In this document: positions 1-7,644 of the stretch, one piece after another
Position numbering within the stretch: the first letter of the stretch is position 1
Layout of the letters: every line of letters begins with the position of its first letter
Source: a virus
Lineage: Duplodnaviria; Caudoviricetes
IMG/VR virus record: IMGVR_UViG_3300033487_000024
Coordinates: 1-35,834 of that record
DNA: 35,834 nt
Strand: one strand, 5' to 3'
Made by a program: the position numbers and the translations under genes
The notes under the pieces: model-generated
Told to the model about the DNA's origin: nothing
Databases searched by the model: none
Seen by the model: the letters and a program-made list of their open reading frames with translations, nothing else

Positions 1-50
1 ATCCGACCGCCCCACCCCCTTACTTGCCGAGAGATCGAACATTGACAACT

Positions 51-68
51 ATGCACAACTGTTGCCAA
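51..68 (-). promoter_or_regulatory. sigma54-like -24/-12 site pointing left, out of the window
   Basis: The minus strand reads TTGGCAACAGTTGTGCAT, with TGGCA...TGCA and exact GG-N10-GC spacing. No downstream gene is visible. Confidence 0.35.
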
Positions 69-234
69 TCTCAACACACCCGATATGTTGCCAATTCGCG
101 AGAGTCCACAAGTGATAGTCTGCCCACAGGTTACATAATTGTCACTAGTCAACCCTTTCTGTAATTGCCAACACCCGCGCCGCTCGCCCGTAGACCCTCG
201 AACCTCGAACGAGAGCCGGATCGCGCTGGACCGT

Positions 235-317
235 CTACGCTTCGATTCTAGCCACGCGCCGAGCCGGACGATCCAAACTACCTACCACCCGCAGACCCCC
301 CTAGAATCGAAGCGTAG
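235..317. repeat. Perfect 17-bp inverted repeat with a 49-nt spacer
   Basis: CTACGCTTCGATTCTAG (235-251) is the exact reverse complement of CTAGAATCGAAGCGTAG (301-317). Confidence 0.9.
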
Positions 318-331
318 CGCGTCCTGTGGCC

Positions 332-394
332 TGTGGATTATTCATCGGAAACGGTGGAAATCCTGTGCATAAACTGTGGACAACCTGTGGAAAC
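332..394 (-). promoter_or_regulatory. Array of co-oriented DnaA-box-like 9-mers, 11-bp phased
   Basis: TGTGGATTA 332, GGTGGAAAT 353, TGTGCATAA 364 (= TTATGCACA, an exact TTWTNCACA match), TGTGGACAA 375 (= TTGTCCACA), TGTGGAAAC 386. Confidence 0.7.
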
Positions 395-655
395 GTAGGC
401 GCAGCAAGGCACGGACGAGTATGCAAAGACTTGTGGCCCGTATGCACGACACCACAAGACGCCGGCCAGTGTGCCGAACTGAGACACGCGACACGCACGC
501 CAGATCCCGCACGCTTGCACGCCGGAAGGACTGACCGACACGCGCCCCCGCTCGCCCCTCGTTCGAGTACCGCCCCGCGCTTCGCGTACCGCCCCCGCCC
601 TCGACCCAAGGCGAGCCGGACGCGCCGATCCTCAACCCTCGACCCGCGCCCCGAC

Positions 656-770
656 TGGCATGATTGGTCTGCTGGCGCTCAGGGCTGTGGCACGCTGGTC
701 TGCTGGCGGGGGATGCGGGTGGCACGCCGGTCTACCGGGGGACCCCCCCGTGGCACGCCGGTCTGCCAGC
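656..770 (+). repeat. Four iteron-like direct repeats, core TGGCACGCYGGTCTRC
   Basis: Copies start at 656 (degenerate, TGGCATGATTGGTCTGCTGGC), 688, 720 and 751. Spacing is 32/32/31 bp. Confidence 0.8.
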
Positions 771-922
771 GGGGGGTAGGGGGGGTCTACGCGCTCGTTT
801 TTCACCTCTTGGAGCCTCTCTCGGAGTCCCGTTTCCTTCTGAACCTGTGTTCCAAATCGAGACACTTTCGCTGGTATTTTCGTATTTGGAGGCTATCTTA
901 CTGATTCTAAAGGGCTGAGAAA

Positions 923-989
923 GGGACAATACGAGTGTCCCAATACGAGTGGGACAAGATCTAGTATCTACATCAGGTATCTAGTATCT
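923..989. repeat. Short tandem and inverted repeats in an AT-richer segment
   Basis: CAATACGAGTG at 927 and 941; GGGACA/TGTCCC/GGGACA at 923, 936 and 951; ATCTAGTATCT at 959 and 979. Confidence 0.8.
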
Positions 990-1038
990 GTTCTTGGGAG
1001 GGTGTGGGAGGGGTTGACAACGGGAGTAGGCTGAGAGG

Positions 1039-1437
1039 GTGACGGACGAGGCGAGGGCGGAGGAGGCGCGGCGACAGGCGGAGGCGACGGTGTACCTGTG
1101 GCCGAGTCTGCGGACGTGGCAGGTTGGACCGGGGCCGAAGGTGACGGGGCAGTTGGCTCCGAGTGCGCTCATCGCGCTTCGAGCGGACCCGCGCTTTGTG
1201 GAGGGGCCGTTGCATCTCCTGCATGACGTGGGAGCGCCGAAGACGGAGTTCCGGTCGGTGCGCGGGGCGTTCGGGCGCGGCTCGCTTCAGGTGGTGGTGA
1301 ACACGGTGAACGGGCGGTGTGTGCTGGACGTGGACCGCTTCTCGCCCTACGATGACGTAGTGGGGTTTCTCGGACACACAGGGGAAGTCGTTGTGTCGGG
1401 ATGGCGGCGTGTGCGCCGCTGGTGGACCGGAGCCTGA
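1039..1437 (+). CDS. Hypothetical protein, first gene of the late operon
   Basis: 132-aa ORF with globular composition and a DVDRFSPYDDVVGFLGHTGEV motif. GTG start lies 6 nt after TAGGCT, so it may be leaderless. Confidence 0.7.
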   Translation: MTDEARAEEARRQAEATVYLWPSLRTWQVGPGPKVTGQLAPSALIALRADPRFVEGPLHLLHDVGAPKTEFRSVRGAFGRGSLQVVVNTVNGRCVLDVDRFSPYDDVVGFLGHTGEVVVSGWRRVRRWWTGA

Positions 1438-1529
1438 CGATGGACGCGGCCCGTGCGGTGCGTGAGTTGTGCCGCATCCTCACGGTGGAGGACGAGGCAC
1501 GAATCATCGCCGCGATGTGGGGAGGGACG

Positions 1530-1823
1530 ATGGCGAAGAAGCACACGGCAGCGGAGAAGGCGGCGGAGACGGCGGAGCGCATCGACGCGGTGAACGAGCG
1601 CCGGTTGGAGGACGCACGCGAGGACCGGGCGGAGGACGCAGCGGCCGGTGAGCCGGAGCAGACCGAAGCGGAGTGGTACGGCGGTTCGTCCACACCCCCG
1701 GAGCCGGACCCCGTGACGCCGGACGGCAAGCACGACGCGGTGCCGGTCGAGAAGCCGGAGTATCCGAAGGCGACCCCGGATGGCGTGGTGATCGATTGGG
1801 GGCCGAACGGTCCTCCGCGATGA
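1530..1823 (+). CDS. Acidic, low-complexity hypothetical protein
   Basis: GGAGG precedes ATG 1530 (MAKKHTAAEK...). An alternative in-frame ATG lies at 1440. Confidence 0.65.
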   Translation: MAKKHTAAEKAAETAERIDAVNERRLEDAREDRAEDAAAGEPEQTEAEWYGGSSTPPEPDPVTPDGKHDAVPVEKPEYPKATPDGVVIDWGPNGPPR

Positions 1824-1954
1824 CGCTCCGCGAGATCTACCGGGCGCTTCGGCAGTCGTTCCACTGGTGGGACCGCGACGATGGCAAACACGATGACGGC
1901 GACGACGGAAGTCTTCGACGGGGAGAAGGGCGACCTCGCGGAGTTCGAGGATGA
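1820..1954 (+). CDS. Possible small protein (44 aa)
   Basis: ATGA overlap with the upstream stop (MTLREIYRALRQSFHWW...). The 3' part overlaps the terS ORF. Confidence 0.35.
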   Translation: MTLREIYRALRQSFHWWDRDDGKHDDGDDGSLRRGEGRPRGVRG

Positions 1955-2558
1955 CGCCTTGCAAGCCGTCGCGATTGCGTTGCGCCTGAAGGGGTACAAG
2001 CCCAAAGAGATTGCCGTCGCGATGGACGTGCCGGTCAGTCGGGTCCGGCGCGTCCTCACCAATGGGCGCACGAGCGGGGCGCTCAGGGACGTAGTGAACG
2101 ACTTGCAAGCGACGGCGTTGCCGCTGGCGGTCGAGAAACTCATCGAGAAGCTCGAAGACGGCCACGAGTGGGCGATCAAGGAAACGCTCCGGGGGTTGGG
2201 CGCGTTCCGCACGCACACGGCGCAGCAGATCGACACGAAATCGCAATCGACGGAACTTGTGGTATCGTTCGTCCAACCGGCGCAGCCGATCACGGCGAAT
2301 CCGGCGGGGATTGTCGGTCGATCACGCGAGGAGATCTTCGATGCCCCCATTCAAACCCTACGCCTCCAAGAAGCAAGCGCGGTGGGCACACACGAAGACG
2401 GGCCGGAAGGCGCTGGGGAACCGGGACGTGGAGGGGAAGGACCGCGCCACGAACTTCTCCCACTTGCCGATGCGGTCATCGGGGAGCGGGTCAGCCTTCA
2501 GTCACCTCAAGCGAGCGGCGAGGTCGTAGGTGGACAACCCGTTCACGAGTCTGCTTAG
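1881..2558 (+). CDS. terS: Putative terminase small subunit (HTH)
   Basis: HTH-like AIALRLKGYKPKEIAVAMDVPVSRVRRVL followed by helices and a beta strand (ELVVSF). Lies upstream of terL. The last ~70 codons overlap a nested gene. Confidence 0.6.
   Translation: MANTMTATTEVFDGEKGDLAEFEDDALQAVAIALRLKGYKPKEIAVAMDVPVSRVRRVLTNGRTSGALRDVVNDLQATALPLAVEKLIEKLEDGHEWAIKETLRGLGAFRTHTAQQIDTKSQSTELVVSFVQPAQPITANPAGIVGRSREEIFDAPIQTLRLQEASAVGTHEDGPEGAGEPGRGGEGPRHELLPLADAVIGERVSLQSPQASGEVVGGQPVHESA
2341..2529 (+). CDS. Small basic protein (62 aa) nested in the terS ORF
   Basis: GAGGAG lies 7 nt before ATG 2341. MPPFKPYASKKQARWAHTKTGRKALG resembles small 'MPFKS.AQ.RW' phage proteins (recalled, not searched). 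Its TAG abuts the GTG at 2530. Confidence 0.7.
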   Translation: MPPFKPYASKKQARWAHTKTGRKALGNRDVEGKDRATNFSHLPMRSSGSGSAFSHLKRAARS

Positions 2559-3222
2559 GGCCGCACTCGGGCGACAAGAGGCTCCGCCGGTCCCTCCGGC
2601 TCCGCCCATGTGGACCGCGCCCCCCAAGCCGTTCAGTGGTCCGGTGCCTCGCGTGCCCGTGACCGACACCCGCGACGTGCCGCCGAATCAGCGAGTCGCT
2701 GGGAAGTACGCCGTCGAGCCACTCACCGAAGTCCTTCGTGCGGCCGGTGCCCACCAAATGCCGATGGATCTCGCGCTGGCGATGGCGATTCGCGAACAAT
2801 CGACCGACCTCGCCAACCCGTCGCTCGCTGGCGGGGATTCCTTCCGCAATCCGCTCTCGCTCGCGTACCCCGAACCGTGGATGAAGCAGGAGCCGTCGCT
2901 GATTGAACCGGCGGTGATGCACGCCGTTGAACGAGCGTCCGCTGTGGCTCCGCAGGGACGCGAGCGGCAGATTCAGGCGTTTCAGGGACTCGGAGCGCAA
3001 CCCACCGGGTACAACGAACGCTTCAAGGGACAGCCGAATCCGTATGCGCGTGCGGTGGAGGAGATTCGCGAGCGCGTGGTCAACGTGTCTCCCGCGTTGA
3101 AGGCGCTCATGGCGAACGTCCAAGCCAAGCTCGCAGACCCTTCGACGTACTCGCCAGAGAAGCTCGCGGCCATCGGTGACACGATCACTCGTCAGGTGCG
3201 TCACCCGAACTTGTTCCGATGA
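2530..3222 (+). CDS. Divergent lytic transglycosylase (SLT)-like protein
   Basis: AAGAHQMPMDLALAMAIREQS resembles SLT motif I, IQAFQGLG motif III (AYNAG) and NPYARAV motif IV. Pro-rich N-terminus. Confidence 0.45.
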   Translation: MDNPFTSLLRAALGRQEAPPVPPAPPMWTAPPKPFSGPVPRVPVTDTRDVPPNQRVAGKYAVEPLTEVLRAAGAHQMPMDLALAMAIREQSTDLANPSLAGGDSFRNPLSLAYPEPWMKQEPSLIEPAVMHAVERASAVAPQGRERQIQAFQGLGAQPTGYNERFKGQPNPYARAVEEIRERVVNVSPALKALMANVQAKLADPSTYSPEKLAAIGDTITRQVRHPNLFR

Positions 3223-4682
3223 CCAATCCGGCGCACACCACACCGGGCAGCGGCGCACTTCAACTCGTCCACAACCCGTATCAGCAGCAGTTTCTCGCGG
3301 CGCTCGCGCTTCGCATGAAGAACGGGCATCGCGCCTTTTCGCGGCTCGGCCTCTTCGCCGGACGACGCTCGGGCAAGACGCTCATCGGCGGTGTGGGCGT
3401 GGTGACGGAGTGCGGGAAGTACCCGAATCAATCGTGGATGGTCTGTGCAGGAAGCTACCCGAAGCTGCACGACTTCGTGATGCCAGCCATCGCGCTCGCG
3501 TTGCCGAACACATGGCTCGCGAAGCCGTTCTCCGCCAGCCACTACGAGTGGACGCTGAAGAACGGGACCATCATCCGGGCGCGGTCCCTCGACGACATCA
3601 ACCGGGGGCGCGGCTCGGGACTCGACGGCCTCTGGATCGACGAAGCGCGGGACGTGTCGCGCATCGCGTGGAAGACGCTGGTCCCCGCGCTCATCGACCG
3701 CAAGGGCACGGCAATCATCACCACCACTCCGTCCGGCTTCGACTGGTGCTATGAGGACTTCTGGAAACCCGCCTCCGAATTGGTTCCCGGCTATTGGGCG
3801 TGCAAGTACCGCTCCGTGGAGAATCCCGCCCTTGACCCCGTGGAAGTGGAGGCCGCACGGCGGGAGATGGATCCGCTTTTTTTCCAACAGGAGATGGAAG
3901 CGGAGTTTGTCTCGTTCACGGGCGCGATCTACGGCGACAGCTTCGCACCCCAACTCCTCCAAGCCGAAAGCGAACTCCGCCGCTTCATCCCTGAGTGGCC
4001 CCGTATCAACCCTGAGCGGCCGATTCTCATGGGCATGGACCCCGGCGCGGATCATCCGTTCGGCGGCGTGATGCTGGTAGGCACGGAGTTCGGGCTGGTG
4101 TGTGTGGGCGAGTACCACGCACGCAATTCGGCGGCGATGGCGCACGCGAATCAACTCTTCGCGATGCTGCACGCTCGCGGCGTCTCGGGCGCGAACCTGT
4201 GGGCCATCGACCGCTCACAGAAGCAGATGGCGATTGAACTCTCGCAGCACGGCATCTTCGCGACCGCCGCTGAGAACGATGTCGTCGCCGGAATCAACCG
4301 CGTCAAGTCATGGTTGCTCGGACGCCGCCTGTGGATCTATCAGCCGACCTGTCCGAAGCTGGTGCAGCAGATGTTCTCCTACCGCTGGGCGGAGAACACG
4401 GACTCGCACGGCGAGGCGCGGCGTGAGCGCGTGGTGAAGACGAACGACGACCTTTGCGATGCGCTCCGCTACGCGATGATGACATGGCCGGAACTGCCGT
4501 ACCCGGAGCCGCCGTCAGGTCTGCGCGATCTGACGAAGGTGCCCGATGAAATCCGCTGGTCACTCGAACGCGAACAGAGGCACAATCACCCGGAAGCGTT
4601 CGACGACACCGAAGTCGAAATGGACGAACCGGGGATGCTCGCCACAAGCGAGGACGATCCTGTCGGCAACTTCTGGGGGTAG
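3219..4682 (+). CDS. terL: Terminase large subunit
   Basis: Walker A GRRSGKT, Walker B GLWIDEA, motif III TTTP, and RNase H-like nuclease motifs MGMDPG and DDLCDALRYA. Confidence 0.96.
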   Translation: MTNPAHTTPGSGALQLVHNPYQQQFLAALALRMKNGHRAFSRLGLFAGRRSGKTLIGGVGVVTECGKYPNQSWMVCAGSYPKLHDFVMPAIALALPNTWLAKPFSASHYEWTLKNGTIIRARSLDDINRGRGSGLDGLWIDEARDVSRIAWKTLVPALIDRKGTAIITTTPSGFDWCYEDFWKPASELVPGYWACKYRSVENPALDPVEVEAARREMDPLFFQQEMEAEFVSFTGAIYGDSFAPQLLQAESELRRFIPEWPRINPERPILMGMDPGADHPFGGVMLVGTEFGLVCVGEYHARNSAAMAHANQLFAMLHARGVSGANLWAIDRSQKQMAIELSQHGIFATAAENDVVAGINRVKSWLLGRRLWIYQPTCPKLVQQMFSYRWAENTDSHGEARRERVVKTNDDLCDALRYAMMTWPELPYPEPPSGLRDLTKVPDEIRWSLEREQRHNHPEAFDDTEVEMDEPGMLATSEDDPVGNFWG

Positions 4683-4683
4683 C

Positions 4684-5058
4684 ATGTTCATCACCGCAGA
4701 TCGATTCTGGAGACTCGTCGAGGCGTCCGCACTTCAGGCGGAGAAGGTGAAGACGCTCGTCGGAGAGAACGCGAAGCTCGAAGCGACCGTCGAGTGGATG
4801 CGAACGCACATCAACCGGCTCGAAGAGGAACGCGCTCTCCTGCTCCAGACCGTGTATCATGCTCCGGTCGGGCGCGTGGAAATCGACCGGCAGATCCGAT
4901 TCGAGGCTCCGGCTGTCACGGGAGCGCCCCTGACCGAAGAGGATCCGGTGCAGATGCTCGCGACCTCTCAGGCGCTTCTCGAAGACGTGGGCGACGACGT
5001 GGCGGCTCGCATGGGCATCAAGCACAACGAGGACGGCTCGCTGAAGTACGAACACTAG
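4684..5058 (+). CDS. Coiled-coil hypothetical protein between terL and portal
   Basis: ATG 1 nt after the terL stop; heptad pattern LVGENAKLEATVEWMRTHINRLEEERALL. Fills the gap between the two genes. Confidence 0.75.
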   Translation: MFITADRFWRLVEASALQAEKVKTLVGENAKLEATVEWMRTHINRLEEERALLLQTVYHAPVGRVEIDRQIRFEAPAVTGAPLTEEDPVQMLATSQALLEDVGDDVAARMGIKHNEDGSLKYEH

Positions 5059-5070
5059 CGGAGGGCGACG

Positions 5071-7572
5071 ATGGATACGACCTTGATGCCCGGAGTGCCG
5101 TCGATGCCGATGGTCCCTCCGATGCCAACCGTCCCCCAAATCCTTCCCGCTCGCGCCCCGGCGTTGCTCCCCGGAGCGGTGAACTACAACGACGATCAGA
5201 AGCTCCTGTCATTCTTCAAGATGCTCAAGGACGAGGCGTTCGACAACCGCTTCGTCTTCGAGCGCGGCTGGTGGAGAATCATCCTCTACCTACTCGGACG
5301 CCAGTGGATCTACTACGACGTGCAGCGCGGCCAGTGGGCCGACAAGCGGATCGCAAAGTGGATTCCCCGGCCCGTCACGAACAAGATCTCCGAGACGGTC
5401 AACTCCTACCGCAGCGTCTTCCAGAGCGTCATGTTGGGCGCGAAGGCGCGTCCCAGCGCCCCAGACCCGATGAATATGACCACCGCCGAGACGGTGGACA
5501 AGCTCGAAGCGCCGATTCGTGGCGAACACGATTGGGACGCGGTGCAGTTGGAAGCCGACTTCTGGTACATCGTTCTCGGCAACGTGTTCCTGCATCCGTG
5601 GTGGGACAAGCGAGCCACACAGGGCGGCATGTGGGTTGCCTTCGAGACGTGTCAGGCGTGCGGCGCGGTGTCCGGCCCTGACGAGATCGAAGACGCTGGC
5701 GGCTTCTGCCCCAAGTGCCGCATGAGTCAGTCGTTCACGAAGCAGGATGGCGTCGGGATGACCGTCTCGCAGGGCGCAGGACGAACGGACGTGTGTTCGC
5801 CGTTCGAGATCGCGCTGCCCTCCGGCTACCGCGAGTTCAAGGACATCTCGCACATCATCCGAACGCGCTGGAGAACCAAGCAGTACGTCGAGATGACGTA
5901 CCCGGACATCGCCAAGGGCATGAAGTTCGACAAGATGCCCAACGAGCGGTCCCTCCAACTGCTCCGCGCTATCGCGACGACCTCCGATCAGACGCAATCG
6001 AGCATCGCCTACGCGACGACAGGCACGGTGTCCACACTCGCAGAAGGCATCGCAGAGTATGAACTCTGGTTGAAGCCGTCACGCGAGTACCCGGAGGGCT
6101 TGTTCCTTCGCGTTCTCGGGGAGAGCAGTCCGAAACTGGTGAGGCACGACGCCGAAAGCACACCGGGACCGCTGCCCTCGAAGGATCCGAAGGGCAATCC
6201 GCTCTTCCCGTGGCTCCACGCTGGGTACGATCACACGGGCGGTCGGATCTGGGCACGCTCTCCGCTCGAACCGTTGCTCTCCAAGCAGGATCAGATCAAC
6301 CAGATCGACTCGCTGATTCAGTTGATCATCCAGCGAGCCGCGAATCCGGTCTGGTTGGAGCCGAAGGGCGCGGAAGTCAAGAAGTTCACGGGCGAACCGG
6401 GCTTGGTGGTCAAATACAACCCGCTCATCGCGTCTGGAAACGCGAAGCCAGAGCGGATTCCGGGCGAGCCGGTGTCACCCAGCCTCATGAACCTTCGTCA
6501 GAGCTACATCACCGACCTCGAAAACCTCGCGGGAACGTCCGACATCCTCAAAGGCCAGCGTCCACCGAACGTCGAGGCGTTTTCGGCACTCCAACTGCTC
6601 GTCGAACGCTCGCAGAGCCGTTTCGGACCCGCGCTGGCGGCTCGCGGGAAGCTCTATCGCGACTGGTATCAACTCGCGCTCGAATTGGAGCGATCGTACG
6701 GCCCGGAACAGCGTGTCTTCGCCGTTCTCAGCCCGAATCAGTCATGGACGTTCGAGAGTTTCCAGAAAGCGGACCTCACGGGCGACGTGGACATCGTGAT
6801 CGAGGACGGATCGCAGACCCCGAAGACCTCACTCGGCAAACGCGCCGGGATCGAGCAGTTGAATCAGCTTGGTTTCATCGACAAGGCCGACCCGGAGCAG
6901 CGGTACACGATTCTCAAGGTGTTTGGGCAGACGGATCTGCTTCCGTCGCTCGACAACGACGTGAAATCCGCGCTTCAGGAGCAGGATGCGTTCGAGAAGT
7001 GGGCGAAGAGCGAGGCGTCAACGCCAATCGCGCCCCCGCCCATGCCGGAACCGGCACTCGAACCTTCGACGCTGCCCACCCCGCAGCTAGGAGCGCCGGA
7101 GGACGCTGCCACCGCCACGTCAGGTAGTCCCCTTCCTGACGAGAGCAGCGGACCTCCGGCTTCTCCGAACGGGGCGATGCCACCGCCGCCGCCACCGGGA
7201 TCTCAGGTGCCGGAGACGATGCAGAACCAGTCGCAGCCGATGTACATGGTGCCGTGTCCGCTGAAGGTGCAGTACTGGCACAACGATCCGGTCCACAACG
7301 CGGAACATCGGAAGTGGGCGAACTCGGACGCTGGACGGCGGCTCTTGGACTCGCGAGAAGACCTCGCGATGGTGTATACGCAGCACATGCAGCGCCACGA
7401 TTTCAGTGTGGTGCAGAAACAGGCGCTCCAACAGGCGCTTTCGATGGGAGCCGCGCCCCCGCCGCCGCAAGGCGCGGCGCTGGCGATGGAACGGTCGAAC
7501 GCCGAGAGTGGAGCGACACAAGACGTGCCCAGAGGACAGTCTGAGGCCGTTCAGGGCCGTGGCCCCGAATAG
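5071..7572 (+). CDS. Portal protein (podovirus/P22-like) with Zn-ribbon insert and Pro-rich tail
   Basis: 833 aa, after terL, with GGAGG RBS. Portal-like motifs RPVTNKI, VCSPFEI, GRIWARSPLEPLLSKQDQIN and LENLAGTSDILKG. Insert CQAC-x15-CPKC. Confidence 0.9.
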   Translation: MDTTLMPGVPSMPMVPPMPTVPQILPARAPALLPGAVNYNDDQKLLSFFKMLKDEAFDNRFVFERGWWRIILYLLGRQWIYYDVQRGQWADKRIAKWIPRPVTNKISETVNSYRSVFQSVMLGAKARPSAPDPMNMTTAETVDKLEAPIRGEHDWDAVQLEADFWYIVLGNVFLHPWWDKRATQGGMWVAFETCQACGAVSGPDEIEDAGGFCPKCRMSQSFTKQDGVGMTVSQGAGRTDVCSPFEIALPSGYREFKDISHIIRTRWRTKQYVEMTYPDIAKGMKFDKMPNERSLQLLRAIATTSDQTQSSIAYATTGTVSTLAEGIAEYELWLKPSREYPEGLFLRVLGESSPKLVRHDAESTPGPLPSKDPKGNPLFPWLHAGYDHTGGRIWARSPLEPLLSKQDQINQIDSLIQLIIQRAANPVWLEPKGAEVKKFTGEPGLVVKYNPLIASGNAKPERIPGEPVSPSLMNLRQSYITDLENLAGTSDILKGQRPPNVEAFSALQLLVERSQSRFGPALAARGKLYRDWYQLALELERSYGPEQRVFAVLSPNQSWTFESFQKADLTGDVDIVIEDGSQTPKTSLGKRAGIEQLNQLGFIDKADPEQRYTILKVFGQTDLLPSLDNDVKSALQEQDAFEKWAKSEASTPIAPPPMPEPALEPSTLPTPQLGAPEDAATATSGSPLPDESSGPPASPNGAMPPPPPPGSQVPETMQNQSQPMYMVPCPLKVQYWHNDPVHNAEHRKWANSDAGRRLLDSREDLAMVYTQHMQRHDFSVVQKQALQQALSMGAAPPPPQGAALAMERSNAESGATQDVPRGQSEAVQGRGPE

Positions 7573-7644
7573 TCCTCGCCTTGACAGGTGGGAGATACTG
7601 TCCAACAGACCCAGCGGAACTGACCGCTACACCAAAGGTGGGTT

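Noticed and set aside
656-770. Canonical sigma54 promoters or a CRISPR array
   Set aside because: GG-to-GC spacing is 11-12 rather than the obligatory 10. The repeats are degenerate, the spacers are too short and no cas genes are present.
139-929. ORFs in the left control region (for example 326-904)
   Set aside because: They are low-complexity translations of repeats with no RBS or coding-like codon pattern.
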